From Octopus sinensis (lineage: Eukaryota): a DNA stretch of 64,000 bases. Both the position numbers and the translations under genes were made by a program. The stretch spans positions 63,550,001 to 63,614,000 of the forward strand of contig NC_043003.1 of assembly GCF_006345805.1 (NCBI RefSeq). The letters are read 5' to 3'. This document shows positions 53,781 to 64,000 of this stretch, piece by piece (position 1 is the stretch's first letter; every line of letters begins with the position of its first letter). The notes below the pieces were generated by a model that worked only from the letters and a program-made list of their open reading frames with translations, was not told the origin of the DNA and ran no database searches.

Positions 53781-55770
53781 CAGGCTTCCACTTAGTTTAC
53801 ATCAACCAAATTCACTCACACGGCATTGGTTGGCATGGTGCAAAGATTGTTGCCGAAGGTGCTGCACAATAGGCTTGAATCTGAAACCACATGACTACAA
53901 AGCGAGATTCTTTACCGCATAGCCATGATTACGTCTGTATTTTTATTTATTTATTCATTTATTCATTCATTCATTCATTCATTTATTTACTTATTCGTGC
54001 ATGATGTTCTATAGCTAAAGAAAGAAGTCAAACAATTTCATACATCACACTACACAGGTCACCGTTGTTTTCAACTTAGATTCTACACACCATCTTTTTC
54101 GCCAAAGTTTTATATGTAAAACACTTTCAGGTTTTTCTTTTGTTTCTTTTACAAATTATCTGTTGTTTGTCCCAAGGCAAGCCTAAGTCATCACTCCTAT
54201 GTCAAAGATGCTCCAATCCTGACCTCACTGTCGTTTAAAAGGTATTTAGAAATACGCTATCTAATGTTGTCTTTTTCATTTTAAATATGGTGGCGAGTGT
54301 TTTGGGAAAGATTTGTTCGCTATTTCTAGCTCCCGTAGACTCGTAGACTCGTAGTTTTTCTTTAAATTATAAGTAATAGACTAATAAACATTCGAATCCC
54401 AATGATTCAATGATTTTGATGCTTTTCGTTTAGTTTTAGAATCAAATCAATAAATTAATATCTAATACGAACTGAACTTTGAAATAAGATATACGAATGA
54501 AATTCGCATATACACTCATTACTTACTTTTCTGCCTTTGACCGCATTACTTATAAATGTCGTTACTTTCAGTGCTGGCTCTAAATTCAATAGAATATCTT
54601 CTGAGATGACTTAAAAGTAATACACACACACGCACGCACGCAGGCATGCACACACATACATACATATATACACATATATAAGAACAACAAGAATGTAGAA
54701 TATTGCATCTTTATTTGATGATTACACCATACAGAACCGACGATCAATTCTCTTGTACCAGGATATTTCGATATAGAAAAAGGTTAAAAAAATATCAATC
54801 AATCCAGTATATCCGAAATCTATACTAACGAAATCTATACTAACGAAATCTATACATAAAATACAAATGTTATGAAGGTGACCCATAATAGCTTGAATTT
54901 AAAGCGAACTGATACAAGAGCCATAATACAAGAACGCAGACAAAACGAGCATGAAGAAGAAATATCATTGTCTAAGAAAAGTCAGTTTAGTATCAAAATT
55001 TACGATGACTTCGGCAGACAACTAAAGAATAAAAAATTAACATAGAAATGCTACATCAAAGCATTTAGTTATTTAGCTATTTATGTATGCAACAAAAATC
55101 TTGAAAAATTTGCTTATTAGATTATAGGAAAAGTAAATATAATGATGATGTTATTTGCTATTGAAATATTTAAATGTTTTTCTATATTTATGAGACATTG
55201 CAACGGAAGATTGGTTCTAGAATTTAATAACCCTAATTTTCAAGTAACTATATAATATATTTCCTAATGATAAAGATCACATTCAAAATTACCGGTACTG
55301 TACGATGGCGCATAGCTTATAATAGACTGCTTCCTGTTATCCAACTCTTAAATACATTTACTAAGATTCGTAGAAGAAGAATTGTTATGTAATCTAAATG
55401 TCCAAATAGCTGCGGAAGAAGCTATGCAATAATACGAACGATCTCCAGCAATTACCATACAATGATATGCTATATTCTTTCTTAAACACTGATTTTCTAA
55501 GGGACATGTAAGTCTATTTTTGAAATTACAAAGGCGCTTGTTCACTCCTATGAGGCACTCCTGTTTAAAGGAACTAGTACTAATTCTACTCCCAGAATTA
55601 GGTTCTAAAACAGATTATTAGTAGTATTATGATCAATACCGTTATTATATTTTATCTTAAAGACATTATCAATCACTGTTGGAATTAGTTTCGCCCAAAG
55701 TATCAAAAAGATACACACACACAGAGGCACGCACACACACACACACACACACACAACACACACACACACA

Positions 55771-55819
<49 letters not shown>

Positions 55820-56028
55820 GCAAACAAACGAACATGGATTCACTCACACACATATATATGTACCGAATAGGTAATATTTATTCCCACTTAAATGTCGATG
55901 TTCTATTAGAACAAATTACTATGAGAGAGACTGTCATACTGGTTTTTTTTGTGGGGGGGGGGTGCAAAATCCACTCTGGTTTAAATCGCCAACGGTGAGA
56001 CAAATTCCTGCTACCTCCAGAACTGAGA

Positions 56029-56061
<33 letters not shown>

Positions 56062-56180
56062 GCTCGCAGTATAACCCGGACTTGCCCGGCGTTAAGTTAC
56101 GATTATTATGCTAATCAAGTTCTTTATTTCAAACCAAATTAATATAGACGTCAAATTTGGGCGAAATCCGTTGAAATTAG

Positions 56181-56217
<37 letters not shown>

Positions 56218-56220
<3 letters not shown>

Positions 56221-56609
56221 TTTGATTTTGATTTTTCCAGTTTCAGCTAATGAGCTTTGCTACACGGGTTTACCTCACGGATGCTTTTTAGCAAACGCCA
56301 TCTGATACATGAGAGAGTTCGATGCAGCTGCCCTCATCTGCACCTCCTGCCGTGAAGTTGATTCATCCGGGACACCTGACTGGAAGAGATCCAGTCCTAC
56401 TTTAAAGACATCCGCATCTACACCATGCAGGTCCCTCAGGTTCTTCGGGAGGACATTGAAGAGCCGTGGGCCTCTGAAGCCCAGGCTATCACAATATCTT
56501 GTCCTACATCTTGATGGCAAATTTGGAGTCCTTGGTACTACGCAGTGGCGTCCGGTTCTGGCGTTTGTGTGACTCTCGATGCCAAAGTCTGGGACAAGAC
56601 CTTCCAGGA
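56218..56609 (-). mobile_element. CR1-like LINE 3' end (related to 40911-41630)
   Basis: ILEGLVPDFGIESHTNARTGRHCVVPR..CDSLGFRGPRLFNVLPKNLRDLHGVDADVFKVGLDLFQSGVPDE; (aaaatc)n tail; both ends abut (TA)n. Confidence 0.85.
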
Positions 56610-56769
56610 TATATATATATATTATATATATTATATATATGTAATATAATATAAATATATATGGGCAACAGACACGAACACACATACACACGCGTACGTA
56701 CACCTATTGCATGTTTTGTGCACGCATACATGTTCATAAACAGAAATGAATGGGGAAAATGTTGTTAAA

Positions 56770-57580
56770 TTTGTAGATTAACACTCGCACGTTTTTCACT
56801 AAAGCATATATACTATGATTATAAAATATAGTGTCTTTCAAAAACAAAAAGCAAAACATTTTACATTTTATTTTTTACGAACGTTATAACTTACTCTCTC
56901 TCTCTCTCTCTCTCTCCTCTCTCACTTTGTCTTTCCCGTGAAACTCTCTGCCTCCTTCTTCCACTTTTCTTTACCTTATTTTTTTTTCTTAGACGCTGGC
57001 AAGAACGTTGTCATTTAATCTCTGTCTCTCCCTCTCTCACTTTGTCTTTCCCGTGAAACTCTCTGCCTCCTTCTTCCACTTTTCTTTATTTTATTTTTTT
57101 TGTTAGACGCTGGCAAAAAAGCTAAGGCTGTTTATGAACGTTGTCATTTACTCTGTCTCTCCCTCTCTCACTTTTATTTTAATTGTTTGTTTATTCACAC
57201 GTTTCGTCTCATTCGATACCCTGACCCCAATGTTTGTTTTGTCTGTCCCCTCTTTTTCTCAACCTTATGGTGAATAAAGAAATACTCTCTCTCTCTCTCT
57301 CTCCTCTCTCACTTTGTCTTTCCCGCGAAACTCTCTGCCTTCTTCTTCCACTTTTCTTTATCTTATTTTTTTTTTTGTTAGACGCCATCAAAAAAGCCGA
57401 GGCTGATATTTTTCGTAGCTAAAAGCTATGTCTGAAAATAGATATTTACGCTACCCACGGGTGCCTCGGGGAAAAAATAAGTTGACAAATGTCCTCCTAA
57501 AATTGGAGCGACATGCGTGCTAATTTGTGGAAAGCATAAATTACAATCACGTACACACACACACACAAATCCTCCCTTTT
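56770..57580 (-). mobile_element. Possible Helitron-like element with 3 internal ~110 bp repeats
   Basis: rc start atctataaaagggaggatttgtgtgtgtg; ctctctcactttgtctttcccg.gaaactctctgcc occurs at ~56915, 57030 and 57300. Confidence 0.45.
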
Positions 57581-57587
57581 ATAGATA

Positions 57588-57731
<144 letters not shown>

Positions 57732-57760
57732 TACAGATATATATATACATATATATATAT

Positions 57761-58087
57761 GAAGTGGTTCGACAGAGTGCCAAACACCGACCTGTGCAAA
57801 AGGGCCAACCAGGAGCCCATACATGTTCAGATTAGACGAAGGAAATGGAGATGGATCGGACGCACACTGAATGCAAACACGAACCCTCGAATGTTGACTG
57901 GACCCGCAGGGGAAAAGGAAGCGAGGACACCCGAAACAGACATGGAAGCGGGGCATTTTGGACGAACTCAGGACCACCGGCCTGACATGGGAAGCAGCCA
58001 AGAAACATGCCAATGACCGCAAAAAGTGGAAAACAACTGTTGAGGCCCTATGCTCCATAAGGAGCAAAAAGGATTAAGAAGAAGAAG
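57761..58087 (+). mobile_element. RTE-type LINE 3' end with (GAA)n tail, embedded in (TA)n
   Basis: [31 protein letters not shown], then PQGKRKRGHPKQTWKR..LTWEAAKKHANDRKKWKTTVEALCSIRSKKD*, then gaagaagaag. Confidence 0.9.
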
Positions 58088-59921
58088 ATATATATATCTG
58101 TACGCAATGTCTAATTTCTAGCAAGTTCAATATACAATACTTAACTATTACTATATTCACATATTTACTCACATATCTTCATCATCATCATCACTGTCAT
58201 CATCAGGATCATCAACATCATCATCGTTGTCGATTTAGTCTCCTCTTTTCCAAGCTTGCATGGGTTGGGTAAAGTTTATTGGGGCAGACGTTTTATGGCC
58301 AGATGCTCTTCTTGTCGTCAACCCTTACCTAACCTAAGGTTAGATATATATACAACAGAATCCCTATATGTACATGTGGTCCTATCAAACAGGTATGTTT
58401 TATTGTTCCTTATCTGTAACTCAATTGATCACCCTGGTTTCTCTACATCCTTAACATTAAGTTTAGCGTCACAAAAAGATTTCCTAAGTATACGGGCTAA
58501 TTTTCCATTCGGTGTAACGTCGAGGAAAGCTCTTTGAGTCGCTAATCTTAAAATTAAGATTGTAGAGAAACCGGGAAGCTCTATAAGTCACAGGTAAGAA
58601 CTACACATCCCTTTCATAGAACCACATACACAAATTTTCCCGTAACTTTCAAGAATAAAATATTTGTTAATCGCTTATGGTGAAAGCTGTCTATTTTATC
58701 AAAGGAGTGATTGTTTAGCCCCAGGTCAGCCTTGATCAAGCAGATCTATGATCAAAGGCATTCCACACGTGATCATCCCATTTTTATAATGATATCTAGG
58801 GCTGTCATTGTCTAAAGTATCCGTCCATTTTTTAAAACGGTTGGATCATATTTGAGTGAGATTTGGTTGTTGTTTCTCTCAGATCTAGAGACCACAGACT
58901 GTCTCCCACCATTAGCTCGTTATCAAATTTGTAGTTACTTTAAATCAACGTAAAACCTACACTTGAAGAAAATAGTGTAAAATTAGTCTAATTTGTTAAT
59001 TATTTTATAACTTTCCTGAATAATAATTAGTGTGATTTCATTGCTAGTCAGCTCATTAGTTTCACAGACACGTAGCTTATTTATTTATTTATTTATTCAT
59101 TTATTTATTTATTCATTTATTAATTACACAAATGAACTGATCGCAGATGTTGTACATGTCCATGATCAAAATATCTTTTATATTAGCAAATAAAGGAGTT
59201 TATATGAGGTTAATTAAATCTCCTTCAAATCACACCTTTAAAACGAGAAAGTACATATTTAGGCACAAGCGTCGCTCAGTCCCACTGCGTGGCTCCTTGG
59301 GCAAGTGTCTTCATTTCCAATCTCGGGCTAACCAAAGCCTTGTGAGTGGATTTGGTGGATAGAAACTGAAACAATCCCATCACATGTGTGTGTGTGTGCG
59401 TGCATATGTGCATGAGCGTGTGCGTGCGTGTATATGCATGTGTGTGTATTTACTTGCCGTTCCAAAAAGTAGTCACCAAAACAGACCGAACGTGCAGTGA
59501 GCCGTGCTAAAACAACAGCATCTAAAAAGCTGCGCTCAATTGTCTCATTCCATAGTAAGATAGTGAGACAAAATTCGATGTAGAGGACTGTTACAACAGG
59601 TCCTTCGATACGTTAGTTTTCGACTATATTGACTTGATTTTACACTCTTTCACGATTGCTCGTGTACAATATTGTATGTATATATTCTTGAAATTACCTA
59701 ATTCGCAAATAATGAGGAGTCTTTTTAAATATCTTCTCACTAACCCGGTTTCAATCGCATGTTATTTACGAAGCTTTTTCGGTGGCTTCGTAATGCTTGA
59801 ATATTAATACAGTAAGGAGATGATAAGTCTTGTTTTGACTTTCTCCCTTAGAATAATCATATACATATGACCTCGAACCCACAAGAGTAAACAAGCGAGA
59901 CAGAGACAGGCAGAAACAAGG

Positions 59922-59957
<36 letters not shown>

Positions 59958-59962
59958 CATAT

Positions 59963-60030
59963 ATTGCGCTGAAGATAGAAGAAAATCAATCTATTTAAGA
60001 TTTTACTCTTGAAATTAGCTAATACGGATT
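59963..60030 (+). ncRNA. Type-I hammerhead ribozyme candidate, minimal dimer type
   Basis: GCG-CTGAAGA-TAGAAGAAAATC aatctatttaa GATTTTACTCTT-GAAA-TTAGCTAAT-A|CGG: stem II with 9 Watson-Crick pairs and a U-U at its base; perfect palindrome ATTAGCTAAT (60014-60023); AUA triplet; short stem I. Confidence 0.6.
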
Positions 60031-60224
60031 TTTTCAACAAATTTTATTCAACAAAAACAGTAACATGTAAATCAAAACATCTTTAAATGATTATTGCGGA
60101 GCATATTCACCATCTACTTCAATTACTGTTTCCCATTTGCTTGGCAGACGACCAGACCGTCATTTAAAGATGTTTTTGTTAAATATTGTTATTGTTTTTG
60201 TTGAATAAAATTTGTTGAAAAAAA
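60029..60224. repeat. ~195 bp AT-rich inverted repeat (fold-back/MITE-like)
   Basis: ttttcaacaaattttattcaacaaaaaca.taaca...aaaacatctttaaatga mirrored by tcatttaaagatgtttt...tgtttttgttgaataaaatttgttgaaaa. Confidence 0.9.
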
Positions 60225-60265
60225 GCAGCAATTATTATGCACCAACCCAATACATGCATACATAC

Positions 60266-60314
<49 letters not shown>

Positions 60315-60774
60315 ATTATTGATTTAATATATAAATCGCTATAAATTGTTTCTTTTTTCCATGCTGATTACTTGATAATTATCATTAACGCGATTTTTTT
60401 CCTTGTTTTATGCATATATAGTTAATAATTCTCGCATTGAAATTTTGGACAGTAATGTTGTTGTTGATGATGATGCTGATGATGATGACGATGACGTTGC
60501 TACTTCCGACAGAAATCCAATCATTTTTGAAGGTTTACACATTGATCCACCCAAGAACCAATAATCAGACTCCTTTGAGATTCTCGGATGCAGTCTTTTG
60601 CTTCAAGAAGCCTATGATCGAAACAGTTTTCGTAGATTAAACCGAGCACAGTACTTGACTGGTACTTTATTTTAGCGACCCTTGAAGTATGAAAGGCAGG
60701 GTGATTTCGACAGAATTTCAACTCAGAACTTACTGCGTTAAAACCACATACCATAAACCATTTTAAACATATAT

Positions 60775-61400
60775 CATTTTTTTCTTTTATTCTTTTATTT
60801 GGTTCAGTCATTTGACTGCGGCCATGTTGGAGCACTACCTTTAGTGGAACAAATCGAACTCAGAACTTATTCTTTGTACGCTTAGTATTTATTCTATCGA
60901 TCTTTTTGCCGAACCGCTAAGTTTCGGGGACGTAAACACACTAACATCAGCTGTCAAGCGATGGTGGGAGAGAAACATAGACACAGAAACATACACACAC
61001 ACACACACACACGCACACACATATATATATGCACACATATATATGTGAAGGCGGCGAGCTGGCAGAAACGTTAGCACGCCGGGCGAAATGCGTTGCCGTA
61101 TGTCGTCTGCCGTTACGTTCCGAGTTCAAATTCCGCCGAGGTCGACTTTGCCTTTCATCCTTCCGGGGTCGATAAATTAAGTACCAGTTACGCACTGGGT
61201 TCGATGTAATCGACTTAATCCCTTTGTCTGTCCTTGTTTGTCTCCTCTGTGCTTAGCCCCTTGTGGGTAGTAAATAAATATATATATATGCACACATACA
61301 TATATATATACAACGGGCTTCCTTCAGTTTCCGTCTACCAAATCCACTTACAAGGCTTTGTTCAACCCGAGGCTATAGTAGAAGACACTTGGCCAAGGTG
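60775..61400. mobile_element. SINE family B (-) interrupted by a full SINE family A (+, 61049-61275)
   Basis: B tail at 60790-60985, A head aggcggcgagctggcagaaacg at 61049, B head part at 61310-61400. Confidence 0.85.
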
Positions 61401-61449
61401 CCTTAATTTTCCTCTTTAAAAGTCCCTAGCGACTGCAAATAAGTATCTA

Positions 61450-61745
61450 TGGCACGTGACTTTGCAGTTAGGCGGGCTGCACTACGATCTGGAGATCGTG
61501 GTTTCGATTCCCAGACCGTTGCACGTTGTGTTCCTGTGCAAAACATATTATTCCACGTTGCTCTAGTCCACTTAGCTGTAAATGGATAAACACACAACGG
61601 GCTAGCCTGCCTTCTGATCAAGGGGAATGTCGGATTCCTAGTCTAACCAGCAGAGTGACATCATTCGAAAGCTAAAACAAAACGATGCAAAGCGCATTGT
61701 GACCAGCGATTTCTAACATCTGATAGTCTGGTCGATCACGTGATC
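61450..61745 (+). mobile_element. tRNA-derived SINE, a further family; 3' part repeated at ~63205-63330
   Basis: B box gtggtttcgattccc; gtccacttagctgtaaatgg core; gctaaaaca..gcgcattgtgacca.cgat tail shared with 63240-63320. Confidence 0.7.
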
Positions 61746-62779
61746 TATGGTTATAACAGCGAGCTGGAATGACAGAACCTTTGGAGTGTCAAACTGCTGT
61801 ATACTTTAAATCAATTCGCAACTAGAATGGTTTAGAAATATTAAATTCGATCCAGTACTACAGTTCTTTATTAGTATTTTATTTTATCGAGCCTAGAAAG
61901 AATAAAACACAAAGCTAACAACCTCAGCGAAATTTGAACTCAGAGTGCAACTAAATTTGACAGGCATTTTGCTTGATTCTCTAACGATCTTAACAATAGT
62001 GTTCATGAAATTTATCCGACTAAATGACGACAGTTCTATTATGTGTGTGTATTTATGTGTAAGAGATACGCCTTTTGAAAAACGTCAAATTTGATCGTAT
62101 TCATTTTTATTCGACGCCTCAATATTGCTAATAAGTATTATATTTGAAAACAATGACAAATGTTGCTGGGGGAAAAGCGCTAACAAAACCTCAATTAAAC
62201 TATCAGATATTGCCATTTTTCTCTTAGCGACCTGACATTCACAGAAGTCAAGGCAGTAACATGGCTATCAATTGCCTTTTTTTTATGAGTCGGAGACGGC
62301 CAATACTCTTTAACCGTCTTTTCATCAAAGAATGTATTGAGAATTATTTCATCGCTCTGACAGCTTCATTATTTAACGTCTTTCACGTCACCTAAGAGAA
62401 ATTTCTAGTTTATTATGGCAGAATTTCCAGTGGCAGCAAGCATCTTAATTAAACATTTTCATTGAATACGAGAAAAAGGAAAGGGGAAAGAAAAAAAATA
62501 AAAGCAAAGAACAAGGAAGAATAAAAACAAATAAAAATCTAATTGAATAGTTCACTGATTTCTTATTTTGCCTTACTATAAAATACGACACTATTTTGTT
62601 AAGGGAAGCAATAAAGCTTGTTAAATAGCTCCGGTTAATCACCGGTATATGCATTTTTCTTTCTAAAAGATGAAATGCAATGTCTGCCTCTTGATAAATT
62701 CGCTGTAGATGCAGAATAGTAAAGTTAGCAAGACCTAGGGCTGACATTCTTTTTCGCTGTTGTGTTCTGATCGCAATTA

Positions 62780-63030
<251 letters not shown>

Positions 63031-63352
63031 AGTTTTCACTAAATATGAGCCTAGGCAAAAGAAATGTACACGAATTGAATTGCCTCAACGATCTCTCATA
63101 TGATGACCGTAGTCAAGTTGTAATGATGATCCTCTCTCCACTCTCGCTGCACCAACTTTTTCAGTTAAAATTACACTAGTAGTGAATATATATATATATA
63201 TATATAGGCCTGCTCGCTTAGCCAGCAGAGTGGCGTCATTTGAAGGCTAAAACAATGCGTGCGAAGCGCATTGTGACCAACGATGTGTAGCAACATCAGA
63301 TAGCTTGGTCGGTCACGGTGATCACGGTAATATATATATATATATACATACA

Positions 63353-63388
<36 letters not shown>

Positions 63389-64000
63389 TACACACACACA
63401 CAAATATATATATATATATATTATATATATAGGTTTTAAGATTAATTCTGATTAAGAACGGCAAGGGACATCAATATGAGAGTGTAATTACTTTTAAACA
63501 ATGTATATATATATGTAATTATATGTACATATATATATCATTAGATATATATACGTATATACATACGTATATACATATTTATACATATATTCATATATTT
63601 ATACATATATTCATATATATATATATACATATACATGCAATGTATATGTATATTTGTATATATATATGTATATATATACATATATATATATACGTATGCA
63701 TACACACATACACACTCACACATACACACACACACAGCAGCAGTAGCAGCAGCAGAGCAGCGGGATGTGAACCTGCGTTTGGCATGTATAAACACTTAAG
63801 CATTGTGTCACCAGCATGAAGCCAAAATAAATGAATAAATAAATAACTACAAACAGTTACGCTATGAGTGAGAATCAATATTAATCAACGATCTACCATT
63901 TTAGAAAGTATTCTAGTTATGAAGACTGTTTTGCTTTTCGAGATAAAATAAGAAGCATTTAATTACTGAGGTCTGGAGGGAAGAGCTATGCTCTTGGATT

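Overview
Eukaryotic, AT-rich, gene-poor window packed with (TA)n, (CA)n, (TACA)n, (GATA)n and trinucleotide microsatellites plus tRNA-derived SINEs. The repeat landscape is inferred to be that of a coleoid cephalopod, probably Octopus (from recall of its repeats, not a search). I see no intact host protein-coding gene, rRNA, true tRNA or CRISPR array; nearly all ORFs in the track are microsatellite artefacts. Real coding remnants: (i) an intronless, in-frame internally deleted isovaleryl-CoA dehydrogenase (IVD) copy between two TA-rich tracts (40050-40688, minus); (ii) RTE, CR1-like and R4/Dong-like LINE fragments; (iii) an internally deleted Tc1/mariner (maT-like) transposon. Structural features include a 3x ~604 bp tandem array carrying a Tc1 IR/DR end, a 2x ~2285 bp tandem duplication, several MITEs and long palindromes. 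The most notable unannotated signal is a set of short TA-flanked cassettes, dissimilar in sequence, each carrying a minimal type-I hammerhead-ribozyme architecture (CUGANGA...GAAA, self-complementary stem III, NUH) as in Penelope-like elements and retrozymes. Repeat boundaries are read by eye and are approximate (about +/-10-20 bp) unless a TSD or TIR is quoted.
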